A stretch of 64,000 nt of DNA from positions 1-64,000 of the forward strand of contig CBDUKH010000001.1 of assembly GCA_965367755.1 (NCBI GenBank). Direction: 5' to 3'. How positions within the stretch are numbered: the stretch's first letter is position 1; every line of letters starts with the position of its first letter. Under the pieces are notes generated by a model. The model saw nothing but the letters and a program-made list of their open reading frames with translations. It was not told the origin of the DNA and ran no database searches. The translations under genes were made by a program, and so were the position numbers. Source of the DNA: an uncultured Rhodothermales bacterium. GTDB taxonomy: Bacteria; Bacteroidota; Rhodothermia; Rhodothermales; JABDKH01. Of the stretch, positions 21,131-30,195 are shown piece by piece.

Positions 21131-21766
21131 TCACACCAATACTGCTTCCTTTATTTCCGCAGAATCCGTGAGTACCTGCATCATATCCTGACGGTCAACC
21201 CGGTTGTACTCACCTGATGAGTCGATTACAACGTGGGAGGAGGAAGGAAAACGGCAGGAGTATTCCAGCCAGTCATCATAAATCCTGGCAAGGCTTTGCG
21301 GATTCCGATACAATTTGCGCACGCGGACGAGGCACAACATCAAATTGATTAGTGACCCCGGGTGGCGTCCCGTTTTTCGGACCATTTGGCTCACCGACCG
21401 CGCTGACAATCGGACGCGGAGTTGCTCCGACGACGTCAGTAGCGTAACGAAATCGACGGTTTCGCACTTGTCCAGGACCTCCAGGACCGGGTCCTTATCA
21501 AATTGACCACCTAAGCCTCCAAACTTCCAGACACGGAGAAAATCATAATGAAATAGTGCGTGATCCAGATGCTCTGAACAGTCGGGTGGCAGCCATCCCG
21601 GAGCGAAGGCTGGCCATTCCTCTGGACTTGAAATCCCAAGAATTTCTGCCAGACGCTGGTTTGTGCCGTTTTGAAGTCCTTGCATTGCGTACGTCTTCCC
21701 TGAACAGGGAGGACCGGCGACACAGACGAGGTGTCGAACCGAAGGATAGTTGATTTGCCGCGCCAC
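21131..21766 (-). CDS. P-loop NTPase/kinase-like protein of unknown function
   Basis: Walker A GPPCSGKT near the N-terminus, 211 aa. It lies immediately upstream of the Rad52-like gene on the same strand. Confidence 0.5.
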   Translation of the reverse strand: MARQINYPSVRHLVCVAGPPCSGKTYAMQGLQNGTNQRLAEILGISSPEEWPAFAPGWLPPDCSEHLDHALFHYDFLRVWKFGGLGGQFDKDPVLEVLDKCETVDFVTLLTSSEQLRVRLSARSVSQMVRKTGRHPGSLINLMLCLVRVRKLYRNPQSLARIYDDWLEYSCRFPSSSHVVIDSSGEYNRVDRQDMMQVLTDSAEIKEAVLV

Positions 21767-21913
21767 GAGCTGTTGCGATGTTTGCCGATAAATCCGAAAT
21801 CGCCCATGTTTCTCATGGATTAACTTATCGTTATCAAAAATTCGTGATTCACCTTTTGAATTATTAATGCGTTACGCAACTGCAGCTACCGGGTATTTCG
21901 TATTGTATAGTAA

Positions 21914-22510
21914 TTGTCTTGTGTACCTATGGATTCGATCTACATAATTAGCCTGATTGTCGGAGGATTCTTCGTCTTGCTTTCGCTGTTCGGCGGTGCC
22001 GACAGCGACGCCGATTTTGATGTTGAAGCAGATTTCGATGCAGATTTTGACTCGGACCTCGATCTCGACGGCCCTGACTCGGACATTGGCGCAGGTACTG
22101 GACTCGTCGATCTATTCTCAATACGGGCTCTCTTTCTTTTCGGTGCTTTTTTTGGCCTCACAGGACTTCTGCTTGGGATAGCGGGAACGGGCGAGCCCCT
22201 ACGCGCCATCCTCTCGATTGTAACGGGTGGGCTCGTCGGCCTCGGCGGAAACTACGTTATTCGCAAGGTGGGCTACAAAGTCGTCTCCAGTGACATCACT
22301 ATTGCTGACTTGAAAGGTCAGACGGGTAAAGTGCTGCTTCCATTTGACGGAGACGAAAAAGGTAAGATTACCGTTGTCGCACGCGGGCAGCGCCATCAAC
22401 TGGTCGCCAGGTCTGTTGTCGAAACCAAGTCGGAACGCTTCAACAAGGGTGATGAAATTGTCATCGTCAATATTGATGGGCGAGTTGTAGAAGTTGTAAA
22501 ACCAAACTGA
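21914..22510 (+). CDS. NfeD-family membrane protein (YuaF-like, OB-fold C-terminal domain)
   Basis: Two-transmembrane-segment N-terminal region, Gly-rich membrane segment and a C-terminal OB-fold. It sits directly upstream of a flotillin gene, as in yuaF-floT. It also has an unusual (D-x-D-F/A-D) acidic repeat insert. Confidence 0.7.
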   Translation: MSCVPMDSIYIISLIVGGFFVLLSLFGGADSDADFDVEADFDADFDSDLDLDGPDSDIGAGTGLVDLFSIRALFLFGAFFGLTGLLLGIAGTGEPLRAILSIVTGGLVGLGGNYVIRKVGYKVVSSDITIADLKGQTGKVLLPFDGDEKGKITVVARGQRHQLVARSVVETKSERFNKGDEIVIVNIDGRVVEVVKPN

Positions 22511-22516
22511 GATAAC

Positions 22517-23770
22517 ATGGAACTCTTTGTCATCCCCTTTGTGCTGATCGTAGCATTTCTGACGGTCCTCGGTATCATTCGGTCCAACCTGAAGATTTGC
22601 CAGCCCAACGAAGTCCTGATCTTTAGTGGCCGCCAGCGAAAACTTGCTACTGGCGAAGAGGTTGGCTATCGGGTTATCCGCGGTGGCCGTGGCTTCCGGA
22701 TTCCGATAATTGAAAAAGTCGACAGGCTTCAACTCAATACGATTCCCATTGATCTCACCGTGACGAACTCATACAGTAAGGGTGGAATTCCTCTTGCGGT
22801 AAGAGCCATTGCGAACGTAAAAATTGGCTCTCGAGAAAATGAGCTGAACAATGCGGTCGAACGCCTTCTCGGCAAGAACCTGGATGAGATCCAGATGATT
22901 GCCAAGGAAACACTCGAAGGGAATCTCCGCGGCGTACTCGCATCGTTGACACCTGAAGAGGTAAACGAGGACAGGCTGAAGTTTGCTCGTGAACTGCTGG
23001 ACGAGGCAGACAACGATCTTGGAGTCCTGGGACTTCAACTCGATACGTTGAAGATTCAGAGCGTCGAAGACGACAGGGGATATCTGGACGCCATCGGGCG
23101 GCAGAGCTCCGCGAATATTATCGCTGCAGCAGAAATCGTCGAAGCACAAAAGCGTGAAAGCGCGAAGCTGGCAGAAGCGAAAGCAGACAAGGCAATAGCC
23201 GAGGCAGAAAACGAAGTCCGAATTGTCCGCGCCAAGCTTGCTGCAGAAGCAGAAGCTGAAGAAGCAAAGATTTCTATTTCGGCGAAAGTGGCTGAAGCCA
23301 TCGCCGCACAGGAACTGGCCGAAGAGGAAATCACCCTCTCAGAAAAACGACAGCGAGCAACCGTAATTGTCGCGGCAGAAGCACAGCGCCAGGCAAAAGA
23401 AGAGATCGCCAAAGGTGACGCCGCTCGAATTCTCGAAGACGGCCAGGCCGAGGTAGCCGTCATTGCCAAAAAGCTTGAACTTTGGAAAAATGCAGGCGCC
23501 GATGCGGAGCGACTATTCCTCATCCAGATGCTACCCGATATTCTAAAGCAAGTCGTCCAGACCGTCGACAATCTTAAAATAGATAAGATCACGGTCGTGG
23601 ATAGTGGAACAGGTGGCGGCAACACGGGCGTTCCAGCAGTCTTCAGTCAGATTGCCGGAGCCACACCGGCGCTCCTTGAAAGCCTGAAGGCATCAACAGG
23701 TGTCGATATTGCAGGGATGCTGCAACGATCTGCAGATGACAAAGAAAGACCGTCTAATCAGTCACAGTGA
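22517..23770 (+). CDS. flotillin (SPFH/band-7 family, FloT/YuaG-like)
   Basis: N-terminal transmembrane helix, SPFH domain, long Ala/Glu-rich coiled-coil 'flotillin' repeats, 417 aa. The start lies 7 bp after the NfeD gene. Confidence 0.8.
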   Translation: MELFVIPFVLIVAFLTVLGIIRSNLKICQPNEVLIFSGRQRKLATGEEVGYRVIRGGRGFRIPIIEKVDRLQLNTIPIDLTVTNSYSKGGIPLAVRAIANVKIGSRENELNNAVERLLGKNLDEIQMIAKETLEGNLRGVLASLTPEEVNEDRLKFARELLDEADNDLGVLGLQLDTLKIQSVEDDRGYLDAIGRQSSANIIAAAEIVEAQKRESAKLAEAKADKAIAEAENEVRIVRAKLAAEAEAEEAKISISAKVAEAIAAQELAEEEITLSEKRQRATVIVAAEAQRQAKEEIAKGDAARILEDGQAEVAVIAKKLELWKNAGADAERLFLIQMLPDILKQVVQTVDNLKIDKITVVDSGTGGGNTGVPAVFSQIAGATPALLESLKASTGVDIAGMLQRSADDKERPSNQSQ

Positions 23771-24116
23771 CAATCACTGGTCCAGTCTGCGGTATGAAGA
23801 ACCCCGCCCCTATGCCAGTCAGCGCTGTACGACCTTCTCTCACAACTGCAGAGAAATGACCATTACCATTTTCCATTACGGATAGAGATCTACCGGATTG
23901 CAATCTCCTACTGGACGACGCAATCAATTTTCCTGGCGCTTTATTTGTCGCAATGGTAACCCGTTCCTCGCCGTTGTGCGAGATCGTTGCCACTGAATCC
24001 ACACTGGATGTAAAGCGAGGGACGATGATTGTCACGTTGTGCGTTGCAGACGTCTGCGCAGCTGCCGGAAGTGAGCTGAAAACGATTACTAACGAAGCCA
24101 GAAAACGATATTGCAT
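23754..24116 (-). CDS. small secreted subunit-like protein (paralog of 28824..29303)
   Basis: Signal peptide, then AAAQTSATHNVTIIVPRF, nearly identical to the mature N-terminus of the 174-aa protein. Its C-terminus, VIVTVTD, has alternating hydrophobic residues. Confidence 0.6.
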   Translation of the reverse strand: MQYRFLASLVIVFSSLPAAAQTSATHNVTIIVPRFTSSVDSVATISHNGEERVTIATNKAPGKLIASSSRRLQSGRSLSVMENGNGHFSAVVREGRTALTGIGAGFFIPQTGPVIVTVTD

Positions 24117-24165
24117 GGTAGTAGCAGATCTTGTCTACTACTACTGTACGATAATTTTTTCCTGC

Positions 24166-27100
24166 TTAGTCGTTCGACAGAGGCAAGCTCGTTTCCAGGA
24201 ATTTTATTTCTATTCCAGAAAGCGTTCCAGCCGGCGGCACCTGCACAACCATTCCCGGGTAGATTAAATCAGGATCTGCAATGTTCCTACGGTTAACCAA
24301 CCATATCCTGGGCCATTGTTGCACGTCACCGTAGAAGGATCCGGCCATGATTGACAGGGTTTCACCAGTCTGGACCACATAGGCAAGTGATGTGTCGCTG
24401 TCATGTGATGGTTGGGCGTCAGTTGGATTCACACCTAGTCCGGGGATAATAATTTCCGTGTTAGCTCGTGTAATCCGAGCTGTTGTCAGCGCTGCCCTGT
24501 TGCTCAACCAGATGCGTGGCCAGTAAACTGGGTTGCAATAATAGCGCTCGACGATGCTGCCGAGAGTAGCCCCCTCGTCCAGAGAATGCAATAAGGGAGC
24601 CGGTCCAACATAGGCAGTGCAAGATTCCTCAACGTCGTCTACTTCTGAAACAATAGCGGGCTCTGATGCGATTGAATCGGCCACTACTTTTCCTGCTACC
24701 CCGGACGCGACGAACTTGATTCGTTTAGATTTCTGAGCAAATCCGATAGTGACTGGCGCGATCGTTCCCGGCTCTACGTTAATCACATAGACATCGCTAG
24801 TACTTTCATAACCGGATTTAACACGCGCATAAACAACCTGAACTCTCCACTCGCCCGGTCGTAGTTTATTAAATGTGAACGAGCCAGTCTCATCTGTGAT
24901 GACACGGTATTTTCCGACTGAATCAGAAATCTCGACGACGGCCCCGCCGATAATGCTTTCTTCGACAGACGAGGCATCCGCGTACATTACTTCTCCCGCG
25001 ATCCCACCACTTCTGGAAACATAAATAGTTGGCAGGCCCTCCGTCTCCTTTCTGATCGTAATCGGAATCGGATTGGCTACGAGTGTAGTGCGATCAATAC
25101 CAATAGACGTCTGGTCGACCATGAGATACCTCTTCCCGTTGTTCGGTCGGTCGAAGGTGAACTCGCCATCTGCATTTGTAACAGCTACCTGACTGTCCAG
25201 GTTAACGCGCACTCGCTTTATACCCTCACCTGTTTCTGCGTCGACAACCTTGCCGGTGATGCGTAACTTTTTAGAACCGATTCGTGGCAATCCCAACGGT
25301 ACCTGGTAAGAGAAGCTTACGTCCGGTTGCGACTGTCGTAGCCATGAATCGAGGGCACTCGAGCTTGCCTGCAAAGTGGCAATGTGGCCAAACGAAAACT
25401 GGTGCTCAATCCCAGCCTGTACAAAACTATACTGTCCGAAATGGTATCCGGGGTCGTGAATCGAGAAAGCATCTATATGCACCTTGGTCTGCCTGTTAAT
25501 TCTGGCATCCCCGCCAAATCGTAAGACCGTCACATTGTGATCTTGCAACCGGTATAGTGATGCTCCATTTTGCTGCTCGACACCAATATTGTAGTTGAAT
25601 CTTCCCATACTTGCCCCGGTCGATATCTCATATCGTCGGGCGTTTATTTTTTGCCCGAGTGACAGGGAAGAGACATTACCCGTCTCTACGTTTGCACCTA
25701 CGGTAAACTTCCAGAGATTCACTCCAGCATTTACCTTAAACAGTGTTTCTTTCTGGTCAATTGTAGTGACTGTCCCGGATGAGGTGTTAGACCTCACTTG
25801 ATAGTTGGCTGCAAATTGAAGAGGCACTCCGAGTGCATCGGTTTCGAATGCAGGTCCCACTTCGAAATAGTCATTAGAACTCGAAACCGACCCGGAAAGA
25901 CCACTGTCGAACGACCGGGTCTGCATCTGAACGAAACCCCGAAGTCGCAAAGATTTTGATGCCTTCAGTATCACCGATGATGCAAGGTTCTCGTAGTTCG
26001 AGTAGTTCCCAGGGAATTGCGGTCCAGTATGGATAAAGCGTCCATTGTAGGAGAACCATTTGCTTGAACTTTTGATGGAAAGAGCATACCCACTACTTCG
26101 GACATTCGCGCGTGCTCCATCTCCGACTTCGAGATCCAGTTGAGTGTTTTCTAGCGGATAAATTCTCGTCCTAACCGATATTGATTGCCCATTGACGTCG
26201 CCATCTTTATTCAGGTAGTTCGCGGAGAAGTCTGCATATTTGTTGAGCTCGAATGTCACCGACCCACCGATCTGGTTCTCTCGAGGAAAGATCACCCTGT
26301 TTTTACTTGCGAACAACTCTGTCCAGACTTTCCCCGAGCCCAGTCCGATTCCAATGCCTCGACCCAGTCGTCCGTACTCGGTCAATGGTGAGAGAGCGAA
26401 GGGATGGTCACCCAGTCTCACGTAAAAATTGGTCGTGCTGTATGTTAGTCTATACTCGTCCCTCCTGCCGTAGAGGTAATTCGATGCGAGGTCGGGAGTT
26501 CTAATCAAGAGGTCGACAATCTGATCGGACCCTTCGACGATGATGCCCCGTGCTCCAATCTCCAGCTGCCCGCCCTGGCCCGTCTCGTTGTATAAACCCG
26601 TTGCCTTCACGTACGCCGGAATGGTCGCCTTTTGATCGGGTCGCCTGCCCTTTGGTATTACCTCAGTCCAGATGGATAGCGTCTCGGACTCTGTGCTCGC
26701 TTCCGGCGTCGTCGTAAACTGTAGCAGCTGCCGGGTTTGGTCATACAAATCCGAAGGCGCTTTCATGTTTATTGTTGCAAATACTTCCGAATTCGGTGCA
26801 AGCGTAATACTTGACGGGTCGATGGTGATCTTACTGTGCGGAACTGCGGTCGCGGTACTTATCAGTTTGACGGGTGCATTTCCTCGGTTCACAATAAGCA
26901 CTTCAACAGCATACTCATCGCCGGCAACTGCAAAGGCGGGCGAGTTGAACAGTGTCAGTGATAGATTGTCTCTCCTTTGAACAGCGACGACCAGATCGCT
27001 TGAATCATTTTCGTCTGGATTGTCGGTGTCTGTGACGCTGAATTTTACCGTATAATCTTTGACTGAAGCATTCTGATCAACCATGATCGACACGAGGATC

Positions 27101-27396
27101 GTCTTGGATTCTCCGGGGCCGATTGCATTCTCCCCGGCTCTGGAAGATATCAATCGCCAGCTGGGAGGCAGCTCCGTCGTGGACACAACGGTTCGATGCT
27201 TGTCGCTCGTATTGGAAATAACAAACGCAGCGGTAACAACAGTTCCCGGAAGCGCTTCAAGGCTGTCGCTACTTGCCAGCGCCACGCGGACTGCATCACC
27301 CGAGTGGGCAGACACAGAGAATGGTTGCGCTACTGAGACTAAACTCAAAAACGCAACCAGAAAAGCCAAACGATCTGTCAGGCGGTGCCGACGCAA
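24166..27396 (-). CDS. large outer-membrane beta-barrel protein with N-terminal Ig-like (DUF11/CARDB-like) repeats, carboxypeptidase-regulatory-like domains and two C-terminal LysM domains (usher-like candidate)
   Basis: 1076 aa with a signal peptide. The middle ~430 aa are rich in amphipathic beta-strands. Two CarbopepD_reg-like segments contain GKVVDAETGEGIKRVRVN and GEVMYADASSV. The C-terminal LysM motifs include YVVQTGETLSIMA...YPGMVVQVP. Confidence 0.6.
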   Translation of the reverse strand: MRRHRLTDRLAFLVAFLSLVSVAQPFSVSAHSGDAVRVALASSDSLEALPGTVVTAAFVISNTSDKHRTVVSTTELPPSWRLISSRAGENAIGPGESKTILVSIMVDQNASVKDYTVKFSVTDTDNPDENDSSDLVVAVQRRDNLSLTLFNSPAFAVAGDEYAVEVLIVNRGNAPVKLISTATAVPHSKITIDPSSITLAPNSEVFATINMKAPSDLYDQTRQLLQFTTTPEASTESETLSIWTEVIPKGRRPDQKATIPAYVKATGLYNETGQGGQLEIGARGIIVEGSDQIVDLLIRTPDLASNYLYGRRDEYRLTYSTTNFYVRLGDHPFALSPLTEYGRLGRGIGIGLGSGKVWTELFASKNRVIFPRENQIGGSVTFELNKYADFSANYLNKDGDVNGQSISVRTRIYPLENTQLDLEVGDGARANVRSSGYALSIKSSSKWFSYNGRFIHTGPQFPGNYSNYENLASSVILKASKSLRLRGFVQMQTRSFDSGLSGSVSSSNDYFEVGPAFETDALGVPLQFAANYQVRSNTSSGTVTTIDQKETLFKVNAGVNLWKFTVGANVETGNVSSLSLGQKINARRYEISTGASMGRFNYNIGVEQQNGASLYRLQDHNVTVLRFGGDARINRQTKVHIDAFSIHDPGYHFGQYSFVQAGIEHQFSFGHIATLQASSSALDSWLRQSQPDVSFSYQVPLGLPRIGSKKLRITGKVVDAETGEGIKRVRVNLDSQVAVTNADGEFTFDRPNNGKRYLMVDQTSIGIDRTTLVANPIPITIRKETEGLPTIYVSRSGGIAGEVMYADASSVEESIIGGAVVEISDSVGKYRVITDETGSFTFNKLRPGEWRVQVVYARVKSGYESTSDVYVINVEPGTIAPVTIGFAQKSKRIKFVASGVAGKVVADSIASEPAIVSEVDDVEESCTAYVGPAPLLHSLDEGATLGSIVERYYCNPVYWPRIWLSNRAALTTARITRANTEIIIPGLGVNPTDAQPSHDSDTSLAYVVQTGETLSIMAGSFYGDVQQWPRIWLVNRRNIADPDLIYPGMVVQVPPAGTLSGIEIKFLETSLPLSND

Positions 27397-27398
27397 TG

Positions 27399-28223
27399 TT
27401 ATAACCCGACCGTGTATTGGGCTCCGAAGACATTTTCACCACCGGCATCCACGACAATGAGGGCTTCGTACTCTCCTGGGGAAATATCCTGGATGTCAAA
27501 CCAGTAGCTGACTGAAGTACCCGGATATACCCTGGCCGGGTTGGCTTCCCTGCGGGCGGTCTTCTTGCCTGCTTTGTCGAAGAGCTCCACCCAAACTTCA
27601 GGCTTAACGAACATATTACCTGTGTTGTCCACGCTCACTTTGAGGGCTTTTTCTCCAGAGCCAGGATCAGCAATTGCTACGTCGGCGAACGAAATAGAAT
27701 AATCTTCCGATCCGCGAATATGGGTTGCTATCTGTACGCCGTATCGGAATATCTGTATCAGTCCGACCTTGGGCTCGTCGCTGTCGTCGAGGACGGATTC
27801 GGGAGATTCCTCTGGAATCCCCTCGACCATAAGCATACTCCAGTACGTACCGTCTAACGTAGTGTCAGGAATCGTTACTACGTAGCTAACCATTACGGAT
27901 TGGCCGGGCGGCACGATAAATCGTTCTGGGCTGAAGTCGACCCAGGCTGCGTTGGACCGAACTTCGGTACCTGGAGGACTGAATCGGTTCGTACCGTCAT
28001 GAAAAAACATGTAGTCCGATTTATAAACTTTAGCCTCGCGATCAACCGGCGAGCCATTGTGAACCTCGATCTCACCTTTGATCACTTTTCCTGGACTACC
28101 ATCAATGTCTCGAGCCAGCTCTCCTACGACGGATATCTGGCCGAACACTGATAACGGAACGATCAATGAGCAAACAACTAGAAATACTATTCGGGAGTAA
28201 CGCATTTTTATTGTACTGTCCAT
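27399..28223 (-). CDS. secreted two-domain Ig-like protein (periplasmic chaperone-like candidate)
   Basis: 274 aa with a signal peptide. Two beta-sandwich-like halves. An RFIVPPGQSVMV segment is reminiscent of the PapD-like chaperone N-domain. Its end overlaps the next gene. Confidence 0.5.
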   Translation of the reverse strand: MDSTIKMRYSRIVFLVVCSLIVPLSVFGQISVVGELARDIDGSPGKVIKGEIEVHNGSPVDREAKVYKSDYMFFHDGTNRFSPPGTEVRSNAAWVDFSPERFIVPPGQSVMVSYVVTIPDTTLDGTYWSMLMVEGIPEESPESVLDDSDEPKVGLIQIFRYGVQIATHIRGSEDYSISFADVAIADPGSGEKALKVSVDNTGNMFVKPEVWVELFDKAGKKTARREANPARVYPGTSVSYWFDIQDISPGEYEALIVVDAGGENVFGAQYTVGL

Positions 28224-28684
28224 GTATAGATGACGGTGTGAACATCGTTTCCATTGGCCGAGCTGTTCCCCAGCTCTGCCGGAGCTTCGGCGCGGTATGA
28301 TAGATCAGCACTACCATTCGGTCGAAGTAATCTGCTTATACCGATAACAAAATCCTGGGGAAGCATCCCTTCGGTAAGCTGTACTTCCGGTGCCGCAAAC
28401 CCACCTCGAATATTCGTCGCCTGGACGTACAACTCGAACGATTGACTGATCACTTGCGACGAGACGATAATTTTCGTTTGTAAAAACGGGAGTTGATTCC
28501 ACCTCAATCGCGTACGGGAGTCGAAGGCCGGCTCAGGGTCGAGCCCAGCAGCAAGGGGTGCCCCTATAGTCAGCGTAACGTTCCCGCCATTCATGCGCAG
28601 TCTCTGGGAATACGAAGTATCCGGATTCGTCAAAAAGACGAACCCGGCAATTATTCCGGAAATAATGAAGGGTCCAATTCGCAT
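28208..28684 (-). CDS. small secreted subunit-like protein
   Basis: 158 aa with a signal peptide. It has an NGGNVTLTIGAP motif that parallels GDVTITVGAP in the 174-aa paralog, and a C-terminal strand VIYTWTVQ. Confidence 0.55.
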   Translation of the reverse strand: MRIGPFIISGIIAGFVFLTNPDTSYSQRLRMNGGNVTLTIGAPLAAGLDPEPAFDSRTRLRWNQLPFLQTKIIVSSQVISQSFELYVQATNIRGGFAAPEVQLTEGMLPQDFVIGISRLLRPNGSADLSYRAEAPAELGNSSANGNDVHTVIYTWTVQ

Positions 28685-28823
28685 AGTAGACGGGAGGAGA
28701 GCGAACTGCTAGTTTCGTCCCAAACAGATACGTCTTAAGACATTTGTCTCAAAAAGAGAAAAGGACCTGCGAACAAATTCACAGATCCTTTCCTCGAGCC
28801 TTACAGGAGTTCTACGCCAACTT

Positions 28824-29303
28824 TTAGCTGGTTAGCGTATACGTTACTGCTCTTGTTTCTCCTGCTCCGTTAGCCGCAGCAGCTGCTGTTGCCGAAGCTA
28901 CATAATTAATCGTTCCTGTTGAAGAAACGGCACTTATGCCGGTGAGGAGGTCAACTGCTGTGGTCGACAATGCAGTCGAACCAGCGGCTGTTCCACCACC
29001 GATAGAAGAAAGAGAACTTGAGAGGGTAAGTCCGGCTGAATAATCAGCGCTCAGTTGAGCAGTGATTTTCTGGCCAGCTTCGTTCGTAGTAACGGAATAG
29101 GATCCCGACGCGGTTCCGTCTGTCGGGTCGCTACCTGCGCTGCCAGGTGCGCCAACTGTAATCGTGACATCACCGCTAACCGAAATCAAATTGAAAGTCG
29201 GGACGATAATTGTAACGTTATGGCTGGCTGTCACTTGAGCAGAAGAGACGTGCGCGAAGCCGAAGAACACAACGGCAATCGCCAGTATTTTTAGATACTG
29301 CAT
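28824..29303 (-). CDS. small secreted Ser/Thr/Gly/Ala-rich subunit-like protein (first gene of the operon)
   Basis: The start at 29303 has a perfect AAGGAGG 5 nt upstream. Signal peptide, then SSAQVTASHNVTIIVPTF. C-terminal AVTYTLTS. Confidence 0.65.
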   Translation of the reverse strand: MQYLKILAIAVVFFGFAHVSSAQVTASHNVTIIVPTFNLISVSGDVTITVGAPGSAGSDPTDGTASGSYSVTTNEAGQKITAQLSADYSAGLTLSSSLSSIGGGTAAGSTALSTTAVDLLTGISAVSSTGTINYVASATAAAAANGAGETRAVTYTLTS

Positions 29304-29470
29304 TTTTCCTCCTTTAGAAAGTTGGTTACGTTTTTTGATGTGCGGCAAATTTCGTGGTTGTTCGCACTCGGGAGGAGATTGATAACCTAGTCACACTTCA
29401 AATCCGCTATCGGACAGGAATTCTGTTGCTTAAGGACAGCATTCGAAAATCGCTGTAAAGAAAGTGAGAA

Positions 29471-30055
29471 TCACGCAGCAAGGATCATTTCTGACGCCAT
29501 AGGAGATAATGCATGGACAGCCGTTCGTCTGCTAACATCCAGATTGTATCTAACAACAGCGGGATATATCACAGAGATTCTGTCGGATAGTGCACCTGCC
29601 ATCGCAGCTCGAACTTCCTTTGAGGCGCGTGCCTTCAATACGTTCGCTGCTGACCTAACAAACAATGACGGATTGGCAATCGAAAGCAGATAAGCGAAAT
29701 CATCCAGGTGGAAGAACAAACTGGACGCCGGAACGGCTAGAATGTCTGTCACGAGGCCCATTGGATACTTGGGATCCCAATCGCGAAATTGGCGGCTGTC
29801 CGTTTCAGACAGTATTATCGCGACCGTCTCGTATTCACTTACAAGAAGGACGTCAGCATAAATATCGAATTGCTGCCCGGGAACAGAAATACCCTCAACA
29901 GCCATTACACTGTCCTTTAAGAATGGCGCCAACACTTCCAGAAGTGTCTTCGTAGCAGGGTTGTTCGAGGCAGAAATGCCAACCGCTGTTTTATTAGGAG
30001 CCGTGTTGAGTACTTTATTCATGTGACGTGCCCGATTATTTGTTATCGATACCAC
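29471..30055 (-). CDS. hypothetical cytoplasmic protein
   Basis: 194-aa ORF with no signal peptide and no confident family assignment. Confidence 0.4.
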   Translation of the reverse strand: MVSITNNRARHMNKVLNTAPNKTAVGISASNNPATKTLLEVLAPFLKDSVMAVEGISVPGQQFDIYADVLLVSEYETVAIILSETDSRQFRDWDPKYPMGLVTDILAVPASSLFFHLDDFAYLLSIANPSLFVRSAANVLKARASKEVRAAMAGALSDRISVIYPAVVRYNLDVSRRTAVHALSPMASEMILAA

Positions 30056-30195
30056 AGTTTAATCTCCGGGGTGTGACATCTATGTGTCATAGCCACCCAC
30101 TCGTGGTGATATTTTTTTCGAGTTTGCCTCACCGCACCCCAAGAATTCGCTTCCCCGGCCGATTACCAGAATTTACCAGAGGAGATTGAAGCCCT

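Noticed and set aside
20451-21913. Possible intact prophage or integrative element around the Rad52-like gene.
   Set aside because: There is no integrase, terminase, capsid, tail or repressor gene. No flanking tRNA or obvious direct repeats were seen. Only two genes look foreign, so at most this is a remnant.
23056-23625. 189-aa ORF on the minus strand inside the flotillin gene, rich in Ala and Ser.
   Set aside because: It is fully antisense to a well-supported flotillin CDS. Its low-complexity composition is the mirror image of the flotillin Ala/Glu coiled-coil codons, so it is a typical shadow ORF.
29471-30055. Considered a LUD/DUF162 (LutC-like) assignment for the 194-aa protein from weak VGISAS... 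and ...AVPASSL similarities.
   Set aside because: The spacing and order of the motif-like segments do not match LutC well. I left it as hypothetical.
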